Shown here piece after piece: positions 10,064 through 20,277 of a stretch of 64,000 nucleotides of DNA. Source of the stretch: Geopsychrobacteraceae bacterium (GTDB taxonomy: Bacteria; Desulfobacterota; Desulfuromonadia; Desulfuromonadales; Geopsychrobacteraceae); contig OY759353.1 in NCBI GenBank assembly GCA_963662315.1, forward strand, positions 1,728,001-1,792,000, in the 5' to 3' direction. The notes under the pieces are model-generated. The model worked only from the letters and a program-made list of their open reading frames with translations, had not been told where the DNA came from and made no database searches. Position 1 is the first letter of the stretch. Each line of letters begins with the position of its first letter. Both the position numbers and the translations under genes were made by a program.

Positions 10064-11461
10064 TCAGTAAACCCGAAAAAGACTATCAACGGAGCTTTTA
10101 CATTCCAAAGATTTTATAAATTCATAACGTTCGTCCTTTGAGGCGTCAAAAGGAGTTCCTTCGATGAGACTGCCGAACTTAACACTCAGCTCATCCCAGC
10201 CAAAGGGGGATTCAACATCTCCCTGCGCAACGGGAACCCAACGATCAAACTTCCGACCATCAATTGTTTCCAAAACAATTCTAGCCGCACAAAAATGTGT
10301 TGGGTTATCGGTAAGATACTGCTGAACGTCATCATCCTTTAACACATTAATCTTTTTGGCCAAATCAATAACTTCCTGATCAGCAATACTATGGACCATC
10401 AACTCTTCAGAGTCGACTCGACCATGCTTAAGAGCAACAGCCGAAGAGAATTGAGCGCTGGCCTGCGCACCGACTGCTGTTACGGGTGTGGGGTTGGACA
10501 GACGCAGGATAAACGTCGTAGTGTAAATATTGACAGTTTTAATTTGATCAGGAAGCAGGTCGCCTTCTTCGCGAATATCCAGCATTCCATCGATAATAGC
10601 ATGCAGCCCCCGCTGACAGGCATGGCGCTTGAAATATATGTCGGAGATCTTGAAAGTACCTCCCAGATCAGTCAACACATTGTCCATGTTCAAATGGCCA
10701 CTGGTTCCCTTGAAGGCTTGAAAGAAAGCCTGCTTCCCCTCAAGAGCAGCATTAGGCCCGGTGTAGCCACAGGAGGCAAGGGCATGAGCTCGCATTCCAG
10801 TCATTGCCCCCCAACCACCACAGAATATCTTCCCCGACGTGCCATCATTCTGATACTCGATCAGCCCGCCGGTAAACAGTGAAGCAAGCCCCATGGCGTT
10901 TTTTATATCTTCTGCTGACGAACCGGCCATTTTCCCAACAATAGCTGCTGAAGCAATGGCTCCACAGACCCCCGTTGCATCAAATCCGCGTTCCCTGTAC
11001 ATAAAGGGATTAACAGCTTCACCAATACGGGCATAGACATCATAACCCGCCGTAAGCGCCGTTATGATATCTTTCCCGGTACGCCCATACAGCTGGGCCA
11101 TAGCCAGAACCAGCGGCACCAAACCCGACCCCGGGTGCCCCATGGCATGGCGATAGCCATCGTCAAGATCGGAACAGCGGGCCATCATGGTATGTACAAA
11201 CACTGCCGTCTGTTTATCAGCCATACGACCAGCAGCATCAATCACTGATACTTTTGATTCAGAAATGGGTTCAGTTTCAGATATCTTCAAATATTTCAAG
11301 ATATCATCCGCAGCCTCGCAATGCCGGCCATAGACAATATTGCCATAAGAATCGAGAATACATTGCTTTGCCACATCAACCACCCGGGCGGGGATATCAT
11401 CAAAGGATAAACCAGCGGCATAATCGGCAAGTCCATATACAAGATATTCTTTGTTTTCCAT
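10064..11461 (-). CDS. MmgE/PrpD family protein (copy 2)
   Basis: AKQCILDSYG, DLDDG...HPG, FKRHACQRGLH, AQFSSAVAL, G..ESP motifs. Confidence 0.9.
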   Translation of the reverse strand: MENKEYLVYGLADYAAGLSFDDIPARVVDVAKQCILDSYGNIVYGRHCEAADDILKYLKISETEPISESKVSVIDAAGRMADKQTAVFVHTMMARCSDLDDGYRHAMGHPGSGLVPLVLAMAQLYGRTGKDIITALTAGYDVYARIGEAVNPFMYRERGFDATGVCGAIASAAIVGKMAGSSAEDIKNAMGLASLFTGGLIEYQNDGTSGKIFCGGWGAMTGMRAHALASCGYTGPNAALEGKQAFFQAFKGTSGHLNMDNVLTDLGGTFKISDIYFKRHACQRGLHAIIDGMLDIREEGDLLPDQIKTVNIYTTTFILRLSNPTPVTAVGAQASAQFSSAVALKHGRVDSEELMVHSIADQEVIDLAKKINVLKDDDVQQYLTDNPTHFCAARIVLETIDGRKFDRWVPVAQGDVESPFGWDELSVKFGSLIEGTPFDASKDERYEFIKSLECKSSVDSLFRVY

Positions 11462-11555
11462 CCGAAAAACTCCTTACATACGATATATTATATTTAGTTG
11501 CCCCCCCAACAGAGACGGGGCAAAAACATCCTCTGCCAGCGAAGAGAAGTAAATT

Positions 11556-12917
11556 TTATATTTTTGCTATGAATTGCAAAAACAATTTACCGGCATGGGG
11601 CTCTTCCTCCAGCGAGGACATTTGCTTCCAGAGTTTTTCAGAACCGTCAACACCGAGGGTATTTTGGCCCAACACCATAAACTTCTCGCGGATAACGCCT
11701 TCTGGAAACGGACTTTCAGGGTCACCATCCGGGTAAATCTTGGTTTCGGTATACTCTTGACCATCCATCGTGCTCAGGACAACTTTAGCAGCTCCCCACA
11801 GACTTGAATCTTTCTTGGTCAGGTTGACCATCTCTTCATCTTTAATGACAGTCACCCGATCCGAAATAGCGGCAATCTCTTCACTATGGAGGCTTTCATG
11901 AATAAGGTCGTCTGTGACGTCTCGATGCTTAAGATAAATAGCCACGGCGTATGGCACACTGGTCTGGGCCTGGGCCATATCCTTGGGCTGATAGCCTCCA
12001 GCATCATAAAGGAATTGTCCGCCCAGAACCTTAATCTGTTTGACCTGAACGACATCCAGATTTTCCCGCTCGACAATTGTTCTGACCGCATCCAAAGTTG
12101 CGTGAATTCGCCGCACGCAGGCGTATTGCTTGAGATAGACATTCAAAATATCCCAAGTCAGTGAAGGGTTCTGCATATACTCGATGTTAGGTTCTGGCGA
12201 AAAGGCGTTGCAGAAACCAAGCCGTCCTTCAAACACATGGCTGGGACCACCGAGGCCATGCTTGGCAAGGTTTGCCGCAGCAATACCCAACTTTGCACCC
12301 CAACCTGCAACCAGGTATTTTTGAGCCGAACCGTCAATAGCTGACTGATTAAGCCCACCAGCAAGCGAAGCAGCCAATGAAATAGCATCGCTAATCTGAG
12401 ACGAAGAGAGCCCCATCAGGGTTCCCGCAGCAATCGCCGCGGCGCCAGCCCCACAAACGCATGTTGCGTCGACCCCACGCTTCAAATAACCCGTTGGGTT
12501 GATGACACGTCCCTGATAGCAATAAACCTCATACCCTTTGATAATTGCTTCCAGCAGTTTCTTTCCGGAAACGCCCGGTAGAGTAATCGCCATCGCAATG
12601 GCTGCCGAATTGATGGCAACTCCCGGATGTGCCATGGCAAAACGGTGACCATCATCAATATCGAGCATTCGAGCTGTACTTCCCATCCAGAGAGCAGCAT
12701 CCTCGGCGCGGCTTATAACACCTTTCCCACCTAAAGCGTTTCTCAGATTAATGGATTCCGGCTTCCTTGTCCCTTCACTAAAGATGGCAACAAAATCGGC
12801 GAGACATTCCTTGGCTTTATTAACAACTTCACTAGGAGCGTTGTCATAAGAAATTTTACACATAACGTTTACAAGCTTATCAAGACAGCTTAAATCCTCT
12901 TTTTGGCCGACAACCAT
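11556..12917 (-). CDS. MmgE/PrpD family protein (copy 1)
   Basis: AKECLADF, DIDDG...HPG, VFEGRLGF, LKQYACVRRIH, AQTSVPYAVA, GDPESP. Confidence 0.9.
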   Translation of the reverse strand: MVVGQKEDLSCLDKLVNVMCKISYDNAPSEVVNKAKECLADFVAIFSEGTRKPESINLRNALGGKGVISRAEDAALWMGSTARMLDIDDGHRFAMAHPGVAINSAAIAMAITLPGVSGKKLLEAIIKGYEVYCYQGRVINPTGYLKRGVDATCVCGAGAAAIAAGTLMGLSSSQISDAISLAASLAGGLNQSAIDGSAQKYLVAGWGAKLGIAAANLAKHGLGGPSHVFEGRLGFCNAFSPEPNIEYMQNPSLTWDILNVYLKQYACVRRIHATLDAVRTIVERENLDVVQVKQIKVLGGQFLYDAGGYQPKDMAQAQTSVPYAVAIYLKHRDVTDDLIHESLHSEEIAAISDRVTVIKDEEMVNLTKKDSSLWGAAKVVLSTMDGQEYTETKIYPDGDPESPFPEGVIREKFMVLGQNTLGVDGSEKLWKQMSSLEEEPHAGKLFLQFIAKI

Positions 12918-13305
12918 AGCTTTATTCCTCCACATTGTTGTTTGAGAACATCTATCCCGAAATTGCAGACATCCATCAAAAGAAGTCCTCTATATGAAAG
13001 TACTAAAACATCAAATCCGGCTACCGTCTAGCAAAAACTAAATCCATTATGAGAAATAAATTCAATTTTATGCCGATTATTAAGCCGTTACTAGCGATAA
13101 CTGGCCCCCAATATCAACTGAGCCACAAGAATACCGACCCAAAAGCCTCTCTAGTAAAATCATATTTTGCTAGTTGAAATTTCATAAAAACTAGAATAAA
13201 AATAATATCTGTTTTCGGTCTATCGTTCCTCAGTGGGGTGGCCGACCGGCAACAAACCTACCCTCAACACTAAACAATCTCATAACTTCATAGGCTCCTC
13301 ACATT

Positions 13306-14604
13306 ATGAATGAAGACAATCCCGATTCACTTCCAAGTCGAATGATCCGTTTCGTTACCGAAATTACCGGAGCAAGATTTTTTCCTTCTTTGCCCTTGCG
13401 CAAAATATTAACAGCACTCCGCTACCCCAACTTTCGCCTTTGGTTTATAGGCCAGGTCGTTTCACTCATCGGTACCTGGATGCAGACCGCGGCCCAGGGC
13501 TTTCTTGTTTTTGAGTTAACGCACTCCCCTGCCTATCTCGGTTATGTCGGCTTTGCAACCGGGGTTCCTTCATTGTTCCTGATCTTGTTCGGCGGAGTTT
13601 ATGCCGATCGGATGTCACGCCGCAAATTACTGTTGATCACCCAGACAGTCATGATGATATTGGCATTTATTCTTGCGGGTATTACTTTTCTTGGTATCGT
13701 CAAGCCCTGGCATATCATTATTTTGGCGCTATTCGTGGGGACAACTAATGCATTTGATGCCCCGACCAGACATGCGATAGTCCCTGAGCTGGTTGATCGC
13801 CAGGACTTGTCGAATGCCATCGCCCTTAATTCAAGTATGTTTAATTTAGGCATCCTGATCGGTCCCGCTGTTGCCGGTTTGGTCTATGTGAAATTCGGAC
13901 CGGCCTGGTGCTTTGCGATAAATGGGATTTCATTTATTGCCGCCATCTCCGCCCTGGCAAAGATGAAGCTAAAACCTTTCATCTCCAGGTCCAATTCCAG
14001 CGCACCTCTGGACGACCTCAAAAAAGGGATGAAATATGCAATGGAGCACCAAAACATTCGTATCCTGGTCAGCATTGTTGCAGTCATGTGCCTTTTTGGC
14101 ACCGTTTATATGACGTTAATCCCCGCATGGGCGGTCAGGGTCCTTGGCGGGGATGCCGCAACAAATGGTTGGCTACTGTCCACACGCGGGATAGGCGCAC
14201 TTAGCGGGGCGATCATGATTGCCGCCCTGGGGCGATTTCAATTCAAAGGAAAATTATTAACAATTGGCAAGTTCATCTTTCCTATTATGCTTCTCATTTT
14301 TGCCAATCTCCGTTCCGTTCCCCTGTCGTTACTGACCATGGTTGGTGTTGGCTGGGGCTTCATGATCACCTTCAACATGCTAAACTCATTAATCCAATCA
14401 GAAGTCGCTGATGAATATCGGGGACGTGTTGTCAGCCTGTACACGTTTTGTATTTTCGGTTTAAATCCAATAGGAGCGCTTCTGGCAGGTTGGGAAGCAG
14501 AATTTTGGGGTGAGCCGACAGCCATCATTATCAGCGCTGGAATTACTCTGACTTATTCGGCATGGGTTTTTTATAAAGCACCACAGTTACGTCAATTGGA
14601 ATAA
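13306..14604 (+). CDS. MFS transporter (MFS_3/EntS-like efflux family)
   Basis: NFRLWFIGQVVSLIGTWMQ, GVYADRMSRRKLL, AIALNS..FN, YRGRVVS. Confidence 0.9.
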   Translation: MNEDNPDSLPSRMIRFVTEITGARFFPSLPLRKILTALRYPNFRLWFIGQVVSLIGTWMQTAAQGFLVFELTHSPAYLGYVGFATGVPSLFLILFGGVYADRMSRRKLLLITQTVMMILAFILAGITFLGIVKPWHIIILALFVGTTNAFDAPTRHAIVPELVDRQDLSNAIALNSSMFNLGILIGPAVAGLVYVKFGPAWCFAINGISFIAAISALAKMKLKPFISRSNSSAPLDDLKKGMKYAMEHQNIRILVSIVAVMCLFGTVYMTLIPAWAVRVLGGDAATNGWLLSTRGIGALSGAIMIAALGRFQFKGKLLTIGKFIFPIMLLIFANLRSVPLSLLTMVGVGWGFMITFNMLNSLIQSEVADEYRGRVVSLYTFCIFGLNPIGALLAGWEAEFWGEPTAIIISAGITLTYSAWVFYKAPQLRQLE

Positions 14605-14675
14605 TGATAACGTTAAATTTTTTTGTGTGGTTGGTTTGTATTCATTGGAAGGCGAATATATTTACATTTCAGTAC

Positions 14676-14704
14676 AAAAAAACCGGGCTGGCTTGGCAGC
14701 CCGG
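14676..14704 (-). terminator. Terminator after tctC#2
   Basis: ccgggctg/cagcccgg stem with A7 (U-tract on minus strand). Confidence 0.75.
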
Positions 14705-14719
14705 CCATAATACTGGTAT

Positions 14720-15718
14720 TTATTTCATGATACCGGCGGCTTTAAGCTGAACCTCTGCCGTGGCACTGATTTTCTTTACAAACCGAGTATATTCTTCAGG
14801 GCCCTTCCAAGAATCGGTGACTCCCGTAGTCTCTCTATAATTCTGATAATACTCGGATTTCATAGCTTCATGAAAAGCATCAGAAATTTTTTGCTGCACT
14901 TCCATCGGTATATCTTTGGGACCGTAAACGCCGCGAACCTGGACCCAACTTGTGTCAACTTCAACATCCTGCTCGCCGAAAGTTTTAATGTTATCTAAGG
15001 GTGGAGCAAGACGCTTCTCTCCCAGAACGGCAATGCCCTTTACGCGATTGGATTCGAAAAACGGTTTAAGCGGGCCTCCGTTAGTGATTCCAACATCAAC
15101 ATGGCCACCTAGAACCGCAGTAATAATATCTGGAGTTGCTGCAAACCCAACCCAGTTAAATTTGACATCAGCAGCAGTCTCAAGCATAGAGGTACCGATG
15201 TTTTGCATCGAGCCGACCGGGCCAAAACCACCCACATTGACAGAGTTTGGATTTTCTTTGGCTTTTTTGATCAAATCCTGAAGAGAGTTGATATTCGAGT
15301 CTTCGCGAACAAAGTAAATAATTGGGTCTTCCTGTACAGTTGCGATCCAAGCGAAATCATCAGGAGAGAAAGTCCCTTTCAAGTTTGTCAGCATTCCGGT
15401 AAAATGGGACAAAGTATTTATCCCAATTGTCAGACCATCAGGCTTTGCAGCCTTAATCCTAGACATCTGGTTTGCCCCACCTCCACCAGGGGCATTAATA
15501 ACTGCGACAGTTTGACCAATAATTGGCTCGAGAGGCTTGGCCAGAGTCCTGATAAAAATGTCAGAAGTTCCGCCAGGTTTTGTATGCATAATGACATTAA
15601 GCGTCCCAGAGGGCCAATTTGATTCTGCTGCAGCTATGCCACCATACCCAACTAGTAGCACCAGCGCCCCAAGAAAAGTGCAGACTAGATTCCGAAATCT
15701 TTTGGTGTTATTCAACAT
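14720..15718 (-). CDS. tctC: TTT substrate-binding protein #2
   Basis: Signal peptide, PGGTSDIFIR, PDGLTI, VLGGHVD; AGGAG RBS. Confidence 0.92.
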   Translation of the reverse strand: MLNNTKRFRNLVCTFLGALVLLVGYGGIAAAESNWPSGTLNVIMHTKPGGTSDIFIRTLAKPLEPIIGQTVAVINAPGGGGANQMSRIKAAKPDGLTIGINTLSHFTGMLTNLKGTFSPDDFAWIATVQEDPIIYFVREDSNINSLQDLIKKAKENPNSVNVGGFGPVGSMQNIGTSMLETAADVKFNWVGFAATPDIITAVLGGHVDVGITNGGPLKPFFESNRVKGIAVLGEKRLAPPLDNIKTFGEQDVEVDTSWVQVRGVYGPKDIPMEVQQKISDAFHEAMKSEYYQNYRETTGVTDSWKGPEEYTRFVKKISATAEVQLKAAGIMK

Positions 15719-15895
15719 AATAAACTGTCTCCTTTGATCAGAAAAAAATGAAAATACCCACACGCACACTTTTGTTGCATTGTTTCCAGCTATCGGCCTC
15801 CTTCCTCAAAATGACAATTCATATTGATCCAGAACCTATCAAATGCCCCGAGGAATCAACCCAGCAAGGTTCAAGATGAACCCCTGTCTTAGAAC

Positions 15896-17395
15896 TCAAT
15901 CCTCCTCTTTCCGCTTCATTATTTTCAACCGAAGCAAGTTGAATACAGGCAACAAGAAAGTCATCGTCGCAATGCTCAGCAAGACAACCGTAAATGGAGA
16001 TGTATAAAAAATTGACCATTCACCTTTTGAAGCAATCAATGCTCGCCGGAAATTTGTTTCCATCATTCCGCCCAAAACCAAAGCGAGGATAATAGGTGCA
16101 AGGGGTATGTTTACCTTTCTAAGAAAGTAGCCCAGAATTCCGAATCCTGTAGTTACATAGACTGGAAACATGGTTGTTTCAGAGGCATAAGATCCAACAA
16201 GTGTGATCCCTGCGACAATCGCCGCAATTGCAGGCCTGGGGATATTGGCAACCTGCGACCAAATGCGGGCACCTGCCAAACCTATCAAAACCATAGCGGG
16301 CACCCCAATCCATAACGATGCAAAAATTGTATAAGGGATCTCTGGGTGACGAGTAAAAAGCAGTGGCCCCGGCTGAATTCCTTGAACCATCAATGCGCCT
16401 ATCATAATGGCGGTTGTTGGAGACCCTGGGATCCCTAGAGCCAACAGAGGGGCAAGAGCTCCGGCAACCGCACCATTATTTGCGGCTTCTGATGCTGCCA
16501 CTCCTTCAATTGCTCCATTTCCAAAACGCTCGGGAGTTTTAGAAAGTCTTTTGGTCACCGCATAAGAAATGAAAGAAGCAATGGAGGCACCAGCACCCGG
16601 AATAACCCCAATGACATAACCAAGGACTGAACTGCGTGCCAGTACAGCCTTCATATTTGTAAATGTCTTTAAGGGGACATTGAAAAGACCTCCAACCGCC
16701 TTACTCTTTAATTTTTGCGTTGCGCCTTCTTCGATCATGAACAGTACTTCCGAAAGGGCATAGAGACCGAGCAATACCGGAACGAGAGGAAATCCATCAA
16801 AAAATTCGGTATGGTAGACAAAACGCGGCGCTCCAGTTTGGGGATCAAGACCGACCGTTGCAATCGCAAGCCCAATTCCCATCGAGATTGCACCCTTCAA
16901 GGCAGAACCTTCTGAGAGCCCTGCAACAAGACTCAAACCAACAAGAGCAAGAGCAAAGTACTCGCCGGGACCGAAACGAAGGGCAAATTCAGAAAGAGGG
17001 ACTGCAGTAAAAACCAAAAACACCGTGCTACAAAGAACTCCCATCCCGGAAGCGACGATAGAAACTGTCAAAGCTTCTCCAACTCTGCCTTGTTGGGACA
17101 AAGGATACCCATCCCAAGATGTGGCAACCGCTGCCGCAGTTCCTGGAGAATTGATGAGAATTGCCGTGATCGCTCCCCCGTATTCCGCAGCAGTATAGAG
17201 CGCAACAAGACCGACAATGGCAACAACCGGATCCATTCCATATGTAAAAGGTATCAACAAAGCAACTCCCAAACTCGGACCAAGACCGGGAATCGCACCA
17301 ACGAGATAGCCGATAAAAGCACACCCTACAAGCGAAGCCCAGACAAACGGGTCACCAAAGGCTGAGAAACCTGCCAATAGATTTTCAATAATCAT
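15896..17395 (-). CDS. tctA: TTT large membrane subunit #2
   Basis: GAIPGLG, YGGAITAILINSPG, ASEAANN, LALGIPGS. Confidence 0.95.
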   Translation of the reverse strand: MIIENLLAGFSAFGDPFVWASLVGCAFIGYLVGAIPGLGPSLGVALLIPFTYGMDPVVAIVGLVALYTAAEYGGAITAILINSPGTAAAVATSWDGYPLSQQGRVGEALTVSIVASGMGVLCSTVFLVFTAVPLSEFALRFGPGEYFALALVGLSLVAGLSEGSALKGAISMGIGLAIATVGLDPQTGAPRFVYHTEFFDGFPLVPVLLGLYALSEVLFMIEEGATQKLKSKAVGGLFNVPLKTFTNMKAVLARSSVLGYVIGVIPGAGASIASFISYAVTKRLSKTPERFGNGAIEGVAASEAANNGAVAGALAPLLALGIPGSPTTAIMIGALMVQGIQPGPLLFTRHPEIPYTIFASLWIGVPAMVLIGLAGARIWSQVANIPRPAIAAIVAGITLVGSYASETTMFPVYVTTGFGILGYFLRKVNIPLAPIILALVLGGMMETNFRRALIASKGEWSIFYTSPFTVVLLSIATMTFLLPVFNLLRLKIMKRKEED

Positions 17396-17407
17396 TACGA
17401 ATTCCTC

Positions 17408-17971
17408 TTATGGAAAATGAACTTTAAGAGCGACTACAAAGACAACATAAATAAACAATACGAGGGCAACAGGGACACAAACCAGGTGAAATGGGCGCCT
17501 TTCCCCACAGGCCAGCATGGTTAAAAAAGCTCCAATACCGACACAAGCAACAACTCCCATCAGTTCGAAGAGCAGCGCTTGGGCAATGACTATTCCAATT
17601 GCAGCAACTACAAAAAATGGTCGTTTAGCGACAACAATTCCAAAGATCTTCCCGCCGATTACCAAATGATAAATAGAAATAACAAGCATCAAAATAATGC
17701 CTATTAATGTCGCTATACCCAGCAACATAGGGAATCCGCCGGCACCGATATCCATGGCGTTGTATGGTTTTGGTAGTGAGTAGGCCTCAAATAAATAAAA
17801 AGAAATCGTGGCAAGCAAGGCAAGTCCAATAATTAACTCTAAAGCAGGTAGAGGAATGCGAAAGGAACTGTTACTTTCAATTGAAACTTGCTGGTCGCTG
17901 TCTCTTTGCGCCATTGTCGACTCCTTATCATTGACAGGACTTTGATCTTCTGCGATCGCATTTGACATCAT
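17408..17971 (-). CDS. tctB: TTT small membrane subunit #2 (alternative start 17914)
   Basis: GAGGFP motif, hydrophobic, precedes tctA; RBS before both candidate ATGs. Confidence 0.85.
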   Translation of the reverse strand: MMSNAIAEDQSPVNDKESTMAQRDSDQQVSIESNSSFRIPLPALELIIGLALLATISFYLFEAYSLPKPYNAMDIGAGGFPMLLGIATLIGIILMLVISIYHLVIGGKIFGIVVAKRPFFVVAAIGIVIAQALLFELMGVVACVGIGAFLTMLACGERRPFHLVCVPVALVLFIYVVFVVALKVHFP

Positions 17972-18161
17972 GAACCTCCCTTTACAAAAACCATCCGAGA
18001 GCTTTTTTACTGCTGCCTTGCCATGATAACGGCTCTGCAAGCGCTCCCTACCTAGCCCCTCTCCGCTCAAAACATTTTTTTCCAAATCACTGTTTTACTA
18101 ATTTGATTGCAGAGTGAGGCAACAATAACTTTTCGTCAATGCATTAATCCTCCATATGATG

Positions 18162-18176
18162 TTGACTAAAACTCAA
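18162..18176. promoter_or_regulatory. Putative LysR box (TTGA-N7-TCAA, T-N11-A) upstream of tctBAC#2 promoter
   Basis: TTGACTAAAACTCAA centred ~30 bp upstream of a minus-strand TTGACG (18134-18139), the usual LysR recognition-site position. Confidence 0.4.
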
Positions 18177-18419
18177 ATTAAACCACAACCTTTGCATATC
18201 TCTAGCATCAATAAACCCACCAAAAACGATAATGGAATATAAATTTTTCTACACTAATTAAGATACTTAGAAAAAGATCTCATCACAGACAGGTGATTTC
18301 AAATCACCTCAACCGAACGGCATCTCATTGATTGACTTGCAAGGGAAATTATCTCAATGACGTTCGGAAACTCTAAATGGCAACGGTCAGCTTTCAGATT
18401 AGAAATCTGATCTTTCCCG

Positions 18420-18812
18420 CTATGCTTCTGCCGCCGTCGATGCAGAAAAAATGCTGTCCCTGACTTGGGGGAGGTCCAGACCAAGGGCTCCGAGCCGCGT
18501 TTGAACGGTTTTCGGTTTGCCTCCGTTGACGTAGCAATTTCGAGCGTCACTGCGCTCATACAGGCCAACACCTAAATACTGTTGTCGTTCCAGTTGCATG
18601 GCCTGATTGACAATGCGGCACAAGGCTTCGCCGAGCGCATTGAATCCGTCATTGGCAAGTCGTTTCACAACATCCTGAATAACGCTATACTCCTCTTGAC
18701 AGGTCACGGTCTCTCCTCTCTGGGTGAGTTTGGCGATTCAACCAAAAGAGGAAAAGCGTGGCCTAACTTTTTGTCAGGCCCGGTGAAATTTACGGAAACG
18801 ATGATGCACTAG
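18420..18812 (-). mobile_element. IS256-family remnant: left end plus N-terminal ~90 aa of transposase (truncated)
   Basis: ORF 18707-18420 NQAMQLERQQYLG...YERS..R...NG.KPKTVQTRLG.L.LDLPQVRD is the IS256 N-terminus; terminal-like sequence atttacggaaacgatgatgcactag at 18788-18812; no DDE domain follows. Confidence 0.85.
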
Positions 18813-18955
18813 AGAATCCCATGCAGAGATCTTTTATTCTTAGCTTTCAGCATGTTTTGACTCTTTTTCAGTTTCTATATAAACTGCAGCAGATTCAGGA
18901 CAGCCTCTTGTCGGTGCCGATTAACAACCATTTGAGTTTTCAGGGAAATTCAAAG

Positions 18956-19852
18956 TTGAAAAACAAAATTCCGAGCCTTAAAGCCCTTACAGCGTTTGAA
19001 GCAACCGCTCGCTTAAAAAGCGTGACAGCTGCAGCTAAAACACTATTTGTTACACCAGGTGCTGTAAGTCGCCAGATAACGCTCCTTGAAGAATTATTAA
19101 ATCAACCTCTCATGCGACGAAGCCCTCAGGGGATAATCCTTACCGACAAAGGAGAAAAACTAGCTCAATCTCTGGCAGATGCTCTTGAAGATATCGCGCA
19201 TGCAATCCGGGAAGCCCAAAGAGACGAAGGTCACTCAATTGTGACAATCAATGTTTATCCAACCTTTGCCATAAACTGGCTGATGCCGCGCTTAGCAGAA
19301 TTTCACGCAACCTGTCCGTCGATAGATTTACGAATAAAGACATCGCTACAAGCGCCAAACTTTAAAAGCGAAGACATTGATGTTGCCGTTATGATTTCGG
19401 AATGTACGCCCTCTGGGCTATCGGGCTTTCCACTATTTGAGCGGGTTTTTTCGCCAGTTTGCAGCCCAAATCTTTTAGCTCGCTATTCTAAGGTTCCCCT
19501 TAAAGAAGTATTACAAAGGGAGCGACTATTATTGTCAGACATGCATGTGGACCTCTGGAACCGCTGGCTTGAGCTAATTGGGATTCCAAATGAGATACTC
19601 ACTCGCGGAATTCGATTTCAAAACTCTTCTTTAGCCTGGCAAGCAGCAAAAGAGGGGGCAGGATTCGCAATGGGGCAGGAAGTGTTACTGGAAGCTGATT
19701 TCAAAGACAATCGGTTAATAGCACCTTTTTCAGAAACGATTTTAGACAACCGCCTTTATCGTCTGGTTTGCCGAGAGAATGAAAAGGAAAACGCATCCAT
19801 AAAAACCATTTTTGAGTGGTTCCAAAGCAAGGTAGATTTTAAGAGTTGTTGA
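18956..19852 (+). CDS. LysR family regulator (GcvA/AmpR-like)
   Basis: PSLKALTAFEATARLKSVTAAA...TPGAVSRQI HTH; WLMPRLAEF; probable TTG start 18956. Confidence 0.93.
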   Translation: MKNKIPSLKALTAFEATARLKSVTAAAKTLFVTPGAVSRQITLLEELLNQPLMRRSPQGIILTDKGEKLAQSLADALEDIAHAIREAQRDEGHSIVTINVYPTFAINWLMPRLAEFHATCPSIDLRIKTSLQAPNFKSEDIDVAVMISECTPSGLSGFPLFERVFSPVCSPNLLARYSKVPLKEVLQRERLLLSDMHVDLWNRWLELIGIPNEILTRGIRFQNSSLAWQAAKEGAGFAMGQEVLLEADFKDNRLIAPFSETILDNRLYRLVCRENEKENASIKTIFEWFQSKVDFKSC

Positions 19853-19958
19853 TCAAGGAGCCATCTTGACCCTCTTATTCACTAAATCGACAATGGGTCA
19901 GTTATTAATCAAATCAGCGTCAATTTCCTGAGAAATGAAGTGAATCATTACATTAGCC

Positions 19959-20008
19959 GGGTCAAAATTGGACGCTGATGGTGGGTCATTTTTCAATGCC
20001 GATCAAGA
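19959..20008. mobile_element. Isolated IS21-family-like terminal repeat
   Basis: Two tandem units 24 bp apart, gggtcaaaattggacgctgat and gggtcatttttcaatgccgat, ending in caaga (degenerate -CA end); no istA/istB nearby. Confidence 0.6.
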
Positions 20009-20277
20009 CCCAAAAGAGGGAGCTAAGAAGGTCCGCGATTCCATTGATGAAACCCTGACTTATTACGATTTTCCCCAAGAGCACACAAAAACCGTTTTCC
20101 CACTTAGAGAAACATGATTTCCCCAGAAGAAAGAAGCTACTAAAGCCCCCCCTCCCCACAATGCTACTAGCAATACCCAAATCAAGTCCCTGAAAAAACC
20201 TATATTTTCAAAAAGATAAAACAATTACACCTCTGACACATCAACCTCACATGAAATACATCCACTCCCTAAAAAAC

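Noticed and set aside
18821..18955. 45-codon N-terminal extension of the LysR ORF
   Set aside because: LysR homology begins at LKNKIPSLKAL; the extension abuts the IS256 end and is probably not translated.
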